The position numbers and the translations under genes are program-made. Positions 57,127-64,000 of a stretch of DNA of 64,000 nucleotides are shown one piece after another (positions within the stretch are counted from its first letter, which is position 1; each line of letters opens with the position of its first letter). The notes beneath the pieces were generated by a model. It was not told where the DNA came from, did no database searches, and was given only the letters and a program-made list of their open reading frames with translations. The stretch comes from an uncultured Gammaproteobacteria bacterium (lineage in GTDB: Bacteria > Patescibacteriota > Microgenomatia > Levybacterales > GWA1-39-11): the NCBI GenBank assembly GCA_964406795.1, contig CAYOTA010000002.1, positions 81,549 through 145,548 on the forward strand, read 5' to 3'.

Positions 57127-57817
57127 CGTACTATAGTAACAGATAATTTATAATGAACACGTATTAGAGTTTTACCTGCTCTCCCTTATCATTTACCGAA
57201 TTCTGTCTCTATTGAGGACATTAGAACCAAATGTATGATAGGATGGCAGCCAAGTACTGATCTATCTGGATACCTTAATATACACGGAATGAATATGCCA
57301 ATGAGTTAATCATTCTCGATCCTGAAAAATCAAGAAACAGATCTTCTAAAACTGCTAAACGCAAAGATAGATGAAGTCAGATGTTACCCCTCACAAATCA
57401 AAAAAACAGATATAGAGCGATACCATAGACTCAAAATCCAAGTCCTTCATTAGGAATTTATAGACGGGTATCTACAAGAATTTAATAGAATTCCTGAAAG
57501 TGGTGATGACAAAAATGAAATGATGAAAAACTATCTACTTCATATTCTAAAGATTGGAACAGCTGAAGAAAGACTAGATGTGCTTTCATTTATCAAAACT
57601 AAATTCATTCTATCTCAAAGAGAGATAATAATCGAAAAATAACCGCAACTTCTACGATAGTTGTTTTTCTCGTTGGTAAAACAGTCTTTTTTAAGGTCTG
57701 AAAATTACTATTACAGGCTCTTGAAGTGGTTTTAGAACGACTTCAATTTAATTTAGCAAGCCTTATCAACCTAATCGTATATACCCAACGGGTCTGGAAG
57801 GAATACTACAAGATATG

Positions 57818-57889
57818 TGACGCCTACGGGAGTCGAACCCGTCTTACTGGGATGAAAACCCAGTTTCCTAACCGATGGAAGAAGGCGCC
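57818..57889 (-). tRNA. tRNA-Glu (anticodon TTC)
   Basis: Acceptor GGCGCCT/AGGCGTC, D-arm TTCC-ATCGGTTA-GGAA, anticodon loop TTTTCAT, T-loop TTCGACT, discriminator A; 72 nt. Confidence 0.75.
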
Positions 57890-58068
57890 GAAATTAGAAC
57901 TCTATGAGTATACAACGTAAATACATTAGTAATACGAAGTAAACACTAAGGTATTATACGAAATTATGAGGGTAGATTTCAAACTTTAAACTAATTTGAG
58001 GATTTAAGCTTGAAAACTTTTTCTTCAAGGTGCTTCACCCTTGCATTGGTTATTATCTTATCCTCTCT

Positions 58069-58359
58069 TCATGTTTCCAGTTCTTTCACAACTCTATCAA
58101 GATTATTTAAAATCCTATCATGATATTTAGTATGTTTTCTCTCGGACTCCTCGAACATTTCTCTAACATCGTTTTGCATGTTAACTTTTAACTCTAACAT
58201 GTCATCTTTGGTTGCAAAAGGCTTAAGGTCAGAGTTGGTTGCAAAACCACCTAACATTTTTACAATGTTTTCCATATCCTCTTTCGTAGCTGTAACATTG
58301 CTTGTAGTTTTTTTAGACATACAAGTTTCCGATACCATTGTGTAATGGATGAATGTCAA
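58069..58359 (-). CDS. hypothetical protein
   Basis: 96-aa charged/helical ORF 3 nt downstream of the membrane protein gene. Confidence 0.35.
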   Translation of the reverse strand: MTFIHYTMVSETCMSKKTTSNVTATKEDMENIVKMLGGFATNSDLKPFATKDDMLELKVNMQNDVREMFEESERKHTKYHDRILNNLDRVVKELET

Positions 58360-58361
58360 GG

Positions 58362-59018
58362 TTAAATCTTTTTCTTAAGTTTTTCTAAAATTTCTTCTGC
58401 TGTTTTTTTTCCACCTAGTCCAAATGCGAGGCCTCCGGAAAGCGCTACCATAGCCACAATTCCACCAAATAATATTCTAATAAGATCAGAGGCAATTCCC
58501 AACTGATTGAGAACAACAAGGAAAACAAACACTAATACCGCATACCGCCCGACCAGTGCCACTGTCCGTGTACTGTCTTTGGATAACCCATGAACAGAGC
58601 CCATAATCACGTCATACACAAGCTTTGAAACCACAAATCCGATCATGAGAATGAGTACTGACACAAAAACATTTGGAAGGAAAAGAAGCAAATTATTTAA
58701 TACTTCTACAAACTTTCCAAGTCCCCAAATGTCTGCAGTAGGAATTAAAAACAACACTATCACAAACCATCTCACCATCTCTGAAATTATTTGTGCCCAG
58801 TCAACGCCCTCACGTCCCTGAGGAAACCCATATTTCTTGAGCATATTCGACACCCTGGCAAACTTAAAGAGCTCTAACAAAATCTGCTTTAAAAATGTGG
58901 CGATAATAATTCCAATGAGTAAAACTATTAATCCTGAGATAAAACGGGGAATAAATGCGTAGATATTAGCAACTGTGCTTCCATACGTGTCTCCTAGAAC
59001 CATACCTATATTTTCCAT
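58362..59018 (-). CDS. membrane protein with conserved-TM-helix repeats (mechanosensitive-channel-associated family)
   Basis: Four hydrophobic segments with repeated ...NQLGIASDLIRILFGGIVAMVALSGGLAFGLGGKK pattern; 218 aa. Confidence 0.4.
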   Translation of the reverse strand: MENIGMVLGDTYGSTVANIYAFIPRFISGLIVLLIGIIIATFLKQILLELFKFARVSNMLKKYGFPQGREGVDWAQIISEMVRWFVIVLFLIPTADIWGLGKFVEVLNNLLLFLPNVFVSVLILMIGFVVSKLVYDVIMGSVHGLSKDSTRTVALVGRYAVLVFVFLVVLNQLGIASDLIRILFGGIVAMVALSGGLAFGLGGKKTAEEILEKLKKKI

Positions 59019-59079
59019 AAACTTCCTCAGAGTATATCACCCTAGAATTATCTTGACAAGTCAAAAAAATAAGATATGA

Positions 59080-60660
59080 TTGGAAATAAACGCAATGCTG
59101 GCCAAAACTTCAATTAAATCACCTAAATATGCCCTCCTCTCCGTCTACAATAAATCTGGAATCGTAGAACTTGGAAAAAATTTGCAGGATTTAGGATATA
59201 GCATTATTTCTACTGGCGGAACAGCAAAGGTTCTTCAGGAATCTGGAATTCAAGTAGTTCCCATTTCAGAAATTACTAAAAACCCTGAAAGTTTTGACGG
59301 ACGCATGAAAACCATTTCTTTCCAAATAGAATCCGGAATTTTGTTTGACCGCCAAAACTCCAAACACATTAAAGAAGCACAGGCACTTGACATAAAACCA
59401 ATTGATATTGTGGTGTGCAACCTCTATCCCTTTGAAGAAACTATTAAAAAATCTAAAACTACTTTAAGCGAGGCCGTAGAGCAAATAGATGTGGGTGGAC
59501 CTACTATGATACGCGCTGCAGCAAAAAACTTTAAGAATGTAATCGTTGCAACAAATCCGTCTGATTATGAAAGTGTTTTAAAGACTTTATCCAATATTGA
59601 CCTTAAAGCCAGGCAGAAATTAGCAGCCAAAGCTTTCAAGCATTTATCGTTTTATGACGCGCAAGTGGCCAACTATTTAACAGATGAAAAGTTTTCAGGT
59701 GAAACTACTCTACCCGGGCGTCATGGTCTTACGTTAAGATATGGGGAAAATCCTCACCAGGAATCAGTAGTTTACTTTGAACCTCATAATAATTCTCCAC
59801 TTCAAAATTTAGAAAAACTTACAGGGCGTGATTTGTCTTATGTGAATTTTACGGATATTGCTGCTGGTCTAGAATCTGTAAGAGTATTTAAAGAGCCTGC
59901 AGCTGTAGTTATAAAACATAATAGTCCCTCAGGTGTGGCACTTGGAGCTAACAGTGCTGAAGCGCTGAAACGCGCTGTAGAAGCTGATCCTGAATCCGCA
60001 TTTGGTGGGGTCATGGTCCTAAACTCTTCCATGGATTTAAAATGCGCTAAAACTTTTGCGGCATTTAAAGAAGATAACGGAGTACTGGTTGATGTCATCG
60101 CAGCACCTGCGGTAACCGATGACGCACGTGAATTTATAAAAAGCGTTAGAAAAACTACCGGAATTTATACATTTGGAAAAATCCCCACAAAAAGATCTAA
60201 CCCAACTCATATGAGGTATTTTGAGGGTGGATTTGTATTGCAAGATTGGGATGACACATTTAGTACAAAAAATTGGAAAGTAGTCACCAAGAAAAAACCT
60301 ACCGCAAAACAATTAAAACAAGGAGCGCTAGGGTGGAAATTTATTTCAAGAATTAAATCCAATACTATTTTAGTGATAGACAAAAACCTTCCTATGACGC
60401 GTGGTGTAGGATCAGGGCAAACTTCAAGGGTACGTTCTACAAAAATTGCACTGGATCAGGCAGGAGAATACTGTAAGGGTGGAATCCTTATCAGTGACAG
60501 TTTTTTTCCATTTGATGACTCGGTAAAACTAGCAGCAAAGGCCGGTATAACGTGCATTATTCAACAAGGAGGATCTGTAAGGGACAACCTAAGCATAACA
60601 GCTGCTGACAAAGCAGGGATCTCCATGGTAATGACGGGTGAGCGCCGCTTCTGGCACTAG
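59080..60660 (+). CDS. purH: bifunctional AICAR transformylase / IMP cyclohydrolase
   Basis: MGS-like domain ALLSVYNKSGIVELGKNLQDLGYSIISTGGTAK; AICARFT domain with VIKHNSPSG and GGVMVLN motifs; 526 aa (possible start at ATG 59095). Confidence 0.9.
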   Translation: MEINAMLAKTSIKSPKYALLSVYNKSGIVELGKNLQDLGYSIISTGGTAKVLQESGIQVVPISEITKNPESFDGRMKTISFQIESGILFDRQNSKHIKEAQALDIKPIDIVVCNLYPFEETIKKSKTTLSEAVEQIDVGGPTMIRAAAKNFKNVIVATNPSDYESVLKTLSNIDLKARQKLAAKAFKHLSFYDAQVANYLTDEKFSGETTLPGRHGLTLRYGENPHQESVVYFEPHNNSPLQNLEKLTGRDLSYVNFTDIAAGLESVRVFKEPAAVVIKHNSPSGVALGANSAEALKRAVEADPESAFGGVMVLNSSMDLKCAKTFAAFKEDNGVLVDVIAAPAVTDDAREFIKSVRKTTGIYTFGKIPTKRSNPTHMRYFEGGFVLQDWDDTFSTKNWKVVTKKKPTAKQLKQGALGWKFISRIKSNTILVIDKNLPMTRGVGSGQTSRVRSTKIALDQAGEYCKGGILISDSFFPFDDSVKLAAKAGITCIIQQGGSVRDNLSITAADKAGISMVMTGERRFWH

Positions 60661-60676
60661 GTGATATACTCAGATA

Positions 60677-61267
60677 ATGATTAATGAGAATTTCGTATTT
60701 TTAGGAGCCGCTATCGGAATTGCTGGTGGTCTATCATACCTAATTGACACTATCAAGGGTAAAGTTAAACCAAATAAGGTAACTTGGCTTCTTTGGGCGC
60801 TGGCCCCCCTCATTGCATTTACAGCTCAGATACAAGAAGGTGTAGGCTTAGAATCTGTACTCACTTTTTCTGTACGAATTATGCCGTTGTTAATATTCGT
60901 TGCCTCATTCTTTAATAAAAAATCAGAATGGAAATTATGCAAGTTTGACATAATATGCGGATCATTTTCTGTATTAGGAATTATTGCCTGGATTATTACA
61001 AATGATGCAATACTCGCAATCCTTTTTGCAATAATTGCAGACGGGCTTGCATCTCTTCCTACTATAGTTAAATCTTGGAAAGAACCTGAAACAGAAAACT
61101 CACTCGCATTTTTAACAGCAGGAATAAATTCAGCCATTGCACTACTTATTATTAAGGATTGGAACTTTGCAACTGCAGGATTTACTATATACATCTTCTC
61201 TGTCTGTGTGCTTCTCTATGTACTTATTAAATTCAAGCTCGGAACAAGATTCCGCAAGGCTGAATAA
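60677..61267 (+). CDS. integral membrane protein (6 TM), unknown function
   Basis: 196 aa, six hydrophobic helices; 16 nt after purH. Confidence 0.45.
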   Translation: MINENFVFLGAAIGIAGGLSYLIDTIKGKVKPNKVTWLLWALAPLIAFTAQIQEGVGLESVLTFSVRIMPLLIFVASFFNKKSEWKLCKFDIICGSFSVLGIIAWIITNDAILAILFAIIADGLASLPTIVKSWKEPETENSLAFLTAGINSAIALLIIKDWNFATAGFTIYIFSVCVLLYVLIKFKLGTRFRKAE

Positions 61268-61325
61268 CTTCGTAAACCTTCATCATTCCTTGTATCTAAT
61301 CTTATAGGATGCTATAATAGCCTCC

Positions 61326-62027
61326 ATGTCCGAATTCTACAGACCTTTACGTCAAGAACTATCTAAAAATCCTGAAAACCTAAAGGCCATGTTTACAGCT
61401 ATTAACTCTTCTAAAGGTTCCATAACTAAAGCCAATACCTGTTTTATTGATTCAGTATTTGGAGTTCCCATTTTAAAAAGTAGTCAAGAGTATATACAAA
61501 CAACTAATCCCAATACTGGAGAGGTACGATACCTTGATTTTCCGTATGAAGGGACATCATACGACAATATAAGAAATGTTCTTGAAACTGTTAAGCCTTC
61601 AAAGGATGACACCGTCATGGACATAGGATCGGGGTATGGAAGATTTTGTCTATTTGGAGCGCTTACAACAGATGCTTCCTTCGTAGGTATTGAGACTGTA
61701 CAAAAACGCTATGAAGCGGCTCAAGCCGCAAAGGAATCTCTAGATATTCCTAATGTAGCCTTTACAGACTCTGACGTATTAAATTACGATTTATCTAATG
61801 GGTCTATTTTTTATATGTTTAACCCATTTTATCCTTTTGGGTTTGATGCTCAATGGAAGGTAGAAGAAAAACTGAGGGAATTAAGTAGAAAAAAGCCAAT
61901 TCAGATTGTAACATTATCCATGACGGGTGTTTTCCCTATGATTAGAGACGGACAATTTGAGGAGGTTGAAAGAATAAGCACCCGCCAAATGAAACTTCAA
62001 TTTTATAAATCAAAACCCATTACATAA
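61326..62027 (+). CDS. class I SAM-dependent methyltransferase
   Basis: Motif I VMDIGSGYGRF, motif post-I (FVGIE), motif II (IFYMFNPF). Confidence 0.65.
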   Translation: MSEFYRPLRQELSKNPENLKAMFTAINSSKGSITKANTCFIDSVFGVPILKSSQEYIQTTNPNTGEVRYLDFPYEGTSYDNIRNVLETVKPSKDDTVMDIGSGYGRFCLFGALTTDASFVGIETVQKRYEAAQAAKESLDIPNVAFTDSDVLNYDLSNGSIFYMFNPFYPFGFDAQWKVEEKLRELSRKKPIQIVTLSMTGVFPMIRDGQFEEVERISTRQMKLQFYKSKPIT

Positions 62028-62050
62028 TTTCAAGCTAAAAAGTAATGACT

Positions 62051-62887
62051 CTACAAAAGAGACCGCAAGATACTTAAGGTTTTTTTAGGTTGAGAGCTAA
62101 AAACCACATGGTCAGCGTCCTCTATTATAATTTGCATATCTACATAATCTTGAGTTGATAGCAGCAATTTGTCTTTTGAGCCGTACATAAACACAGTTTC
62201 ATTTTTCACATTTTTAAGCAATGACTGTACACGTTTATCTTTCTTTTCAAACATATTAATATCAGTTAATGATTCTACGCCAGTGGACAACATAGCGTCA
62301 TATAATGTTTTGTCTCGTTTTTTATCTGTTATACCTATAACATCTTTAAATATAGGAATTAGTATTCTTTTGCGAGCAAAAGATGATAACGCGAGTGTGC
62401 GTCTTATGCGTAAAGGTAAAAATGAAGCCATACGTAATTTCATATTCTTAACATTTCCCGGCAGTCCTATGAGTATAAGTTTTCCACTTACACTCCCCTT
62501 TGAGGCTGATTTTATAGCTGTTACGGCACCTAAAGAAAATCCAACCAGGGGCACAGCAGAAAGTTTTTTGTGTCTTATAAAAGCATCTAATGCATTACTA
62601 AATAATTCTGTGTCATGCACTGCTCCCCTTACTGTTTCTGAAGCACCAAAGCCTGGAAGGTCTAACAGGTAGAGCTTGTAGTGTTTTGCGAGCTCAAATT
62701 CTATATCACACCATGGATCGTGAGACATAGAACCATGAACTAAAATAACAGGATTACCACGTCCTAGCACTGTATAGTTCATGACAGTACCCTGAAACTG
62801 GTATGTTTTCGATTTCGGAATTTTTAATCTCTTCACCACAACATTATTACATATTAAACGAAGTAAATCTGAACTATGATTGAACAA
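62051..62887 (-). CDS. alpha/beta hydrolase
   Basis: HG motif VILVHGSMSH, nucleophile elbow VGFSLGAV (GxSxG); 278 aa. Confidence 0.7.
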   Translation of the reverse strand: MFNHSSDLLRLICNNVVVKRLKIPKSKTYQFQGTVMNYTVLGRGNPVILVHGSMSHDPWCDIEFELAKHYKLYLLDLPGFGASETVRGAVHDTELFSNALDAFIRHKKLSAVPLVGFSLGAVTAIKSASKGSVSGKLILIGLPGNVKNMKLRMASFLPLRIRRTLALSSFARKRILIPIFKDVIGITDKKRDKTLYDAMLSTGVESLTDINMFEKKDKRVQSLLKNVKNETVFMYGSKDKLLLSTQDYVDMQIIIEDADHVVFSSQPKKTLSILRSLL

Positions 62888-62914
62888 AACGAAGTGAAGT
62901 AAACCAGCTGATTT

Positions 62915-62934
62915 TAGTGATCCGACCGGGGCTC
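62915..62934. repeat. 20-bp direct repeat of the tRNA-Lys(TTT) 3' end (att-like), partner at 63791-63810
   Basis: tagtgatccgaccggggctc occurs identically at 62915-62934 and 63791-63810; the second copy covers the 3'-terminal 17 nt of the tRNA plus 3 nt beyond. Confidence 0.8.
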
Positions 62935-62942
62935 AGCATATC

Positions 62943-63770
62943 TCATTTTAATTGTTTTACCGCAGTTAGTTCAATTTTCTTTGTTTTCTGTTTTATTCTT
63001 GTTCTTGCTTTATTAATCCCATCAGGAACTGGCAGATTTTCAGGCATGCTTCCACCTAATTCCCTTATGGTTTGACGTACTTTACGCCCTACCTCAAAAT
63101 GAGCATAATTTGCTTTGGCTTCTCCATGAATATTTTCTCTTTTTAATTTAGCATCAGCTTGAGTTGCCCTAAAAAGATTTGCAGCAAGCTCTTCACTTCC
63201 CATATAATCCAAGATCTTTTGACTCGATTTTAACCGCTTCTTTCTGTGAATCTGTTGCGTGTCTAATCCTCCATAAAGTCCCATATACCCATAATTCGTA
63301 AACACTCCATAATTTTGCACCCCAGCACGAGATGCAGTTTCAGCCAAATGCTTATTGTGGGCTGTCATCTCGTCTCTTAACAATACACGCTTGTGATCTT
63401 CTGCGATTTGATCTTGAAATTCTTGTCTTCTTGCTTGAATAGCAAAATATGTCTGACCAAGAGCAACTATCTGTTTGGAAGGATCCGCATTTTGCATAAC
63501 TAAGTAACATGCATATCTAGAAAGTAAAATATCCTTAATTTCTCGTGATGCGGTTTTACCTAATTCGATCATATCGAGCACATCCTCGAAATGATCCATA
63601 GTATTTTGGCTACTTTTTACACATGCTTCTTTTGCGCGCTCAATAACCGGAAGAAAATGTCTATATTCGGAGTACTCGAGGGTTTTTGCGAGTTCTCGGG
63701 CAGACCAATATTCAGACCCATATTTATTTACTTTTTTAATTTTCTCAAAAGCGAGTATTGGATTTTCCAT
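62943..63770 (-). CDS. dinD: DNA-damage-inducible protein D (DinD family)-like
   Basis: From ATG 63770: MENPILAFEKIKKVNKYGSEYWSARELAKTLEYSEYRHFLPVIERAKEAC...SRYACYLVMQNADP...QTYFAIQARRQE...HFEVGRKVRQTIRELGG resembles the DinD family as I recall it; the longer listed ORF runs into the tRNA. Confidence 0.6.
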   Translation of the reverse strand: MENPILAFEKIKKVNKYGSEYWSARELAKTLEYSEYRHFLPVIERAKEACVKSSQNTMDHFEDVLDMIELGKTASREIKDILLSRYACYLVMQNADPSKQIVALGQTYFAIQARRQEFQDQIAEDHKRVLLRDEMTAHNKHLAETASRAGVQNYGVFTNYGYMGLYGGLDTQQIHRKKRLKSSQKILDYMGSEELAANLFRATQADAKLKRENIHGEAKANYAHFEVGRKVRQTIRELGGSMPENLPVPDGINKARTRIKQKTKKIELTAVKQLK

Positions 63771-63793
63771 AGTGGTTATAGCGAAGAAGATAG

Positions 63794-63865
63794 TGATCCG
63801 ACCGGGGCTCGAACCCGGAACCAAAAGCTTAAAAGGCTTTTGCTCTACCATTGAGCTATCGGACC
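63794..63865 (-). tRNA. tRNA-Lys (anticodon TTT)
   Basis: Acceptor GGTCCGA/TCGGATC (one G-U), D-arm GCTC-AATGGTA-GAGC, anticodon loop CTTTTAA, T-loop TTCGAGC, discriminator A; 72 nt. Confidence 0.8.
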
Positions 63866-64000
63866 ATATTATTAATTAACCACTTGATGTACTTTTTACT
63901 TTTATAAGACTTTAACTTTTTCTCTCTGTTCCTTGCATCAAGTATCGTATCAAACTTTTCTTTATAAACAAGCTTGTTTGTACCTAACACTCTTGTTGTT

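Noticed and set aside
57451-57453. In-frame TAG as evidence for an alternative genetic code (for example pyrrolysine, or UAG reassignment)
   Set aside because: TAG, TAA and TGA each end clear full-length genes in the window. The interrupted frame also contains an in-frame TAA. A pseudogene or chance is a simpler explanation.

Overview
The window is a gene-dense, AT-rich bacterial chromosomal segment. TGA, TAA and TAG all end long ORFs, so the code is standard (table 11). Gene sizes, content and the many secreted Pro/Thr-rich proteins suggest a Candidate Phyla Radiation / Patescibacteria-like organism; this is inference only. I call about 65 CDS and 9 tRNA genes (Ala-GGC, Pro-TGG, Gly-TCC, His-GTG with encoded G-1, Arg-TCT with encoded CCA, Lys-CTT, Arg-TCG, Glu-TTC, Lys-TTT). 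No rRNA or CRISPR array is present. Recognisable housekeeping genes are rarA, zwf and a short-form gnd, dinB, obg, secG, uvrC/uvrA/uvrB, lexA, rsmI, a PEP synthase, phosphoglucomutase, a holA-like gene, greA and purH. Points of interest: (1) a three-gene operon coding for a minimal Rnf/Nqr-like flavin electron-transfer module (RnfD/NqrB-like membrane domain fused to an NqrF-like FAD/NAD(P)H domain, ApbE, FMN-binding protein); (2) a 1301-aa surface protein with a galactose-oxidase-like copper-radical-oxidase domain whose catalytic residues appear intact, plus LamG, Ig-like and FN3 domains; (3) an IS200/RAYT-like tyrosine-transposase gene flanked by two hairpins with identical 13-bp arms, inserted between uvrB and lexA; (4) a dinD-like gene in an ~0.85-kb islet bounded by a 20-bp direct repeat of the tRNA-Lys(TTT) 3' end; (5) three other tRNAs with a 12-15-bp copy of their own 5' end shortly upstream; (6) pseudogenes (fragmented ZIP transporter, frameshifted inositol monophosphatase, one decayed ORF); (7) lexA co-operonic with an unknown 130-aa protein, within a dense cluster of SOS/repair genes; (8) a transglutaminase-like protein whose catalytic Cys is replaced by Ser.
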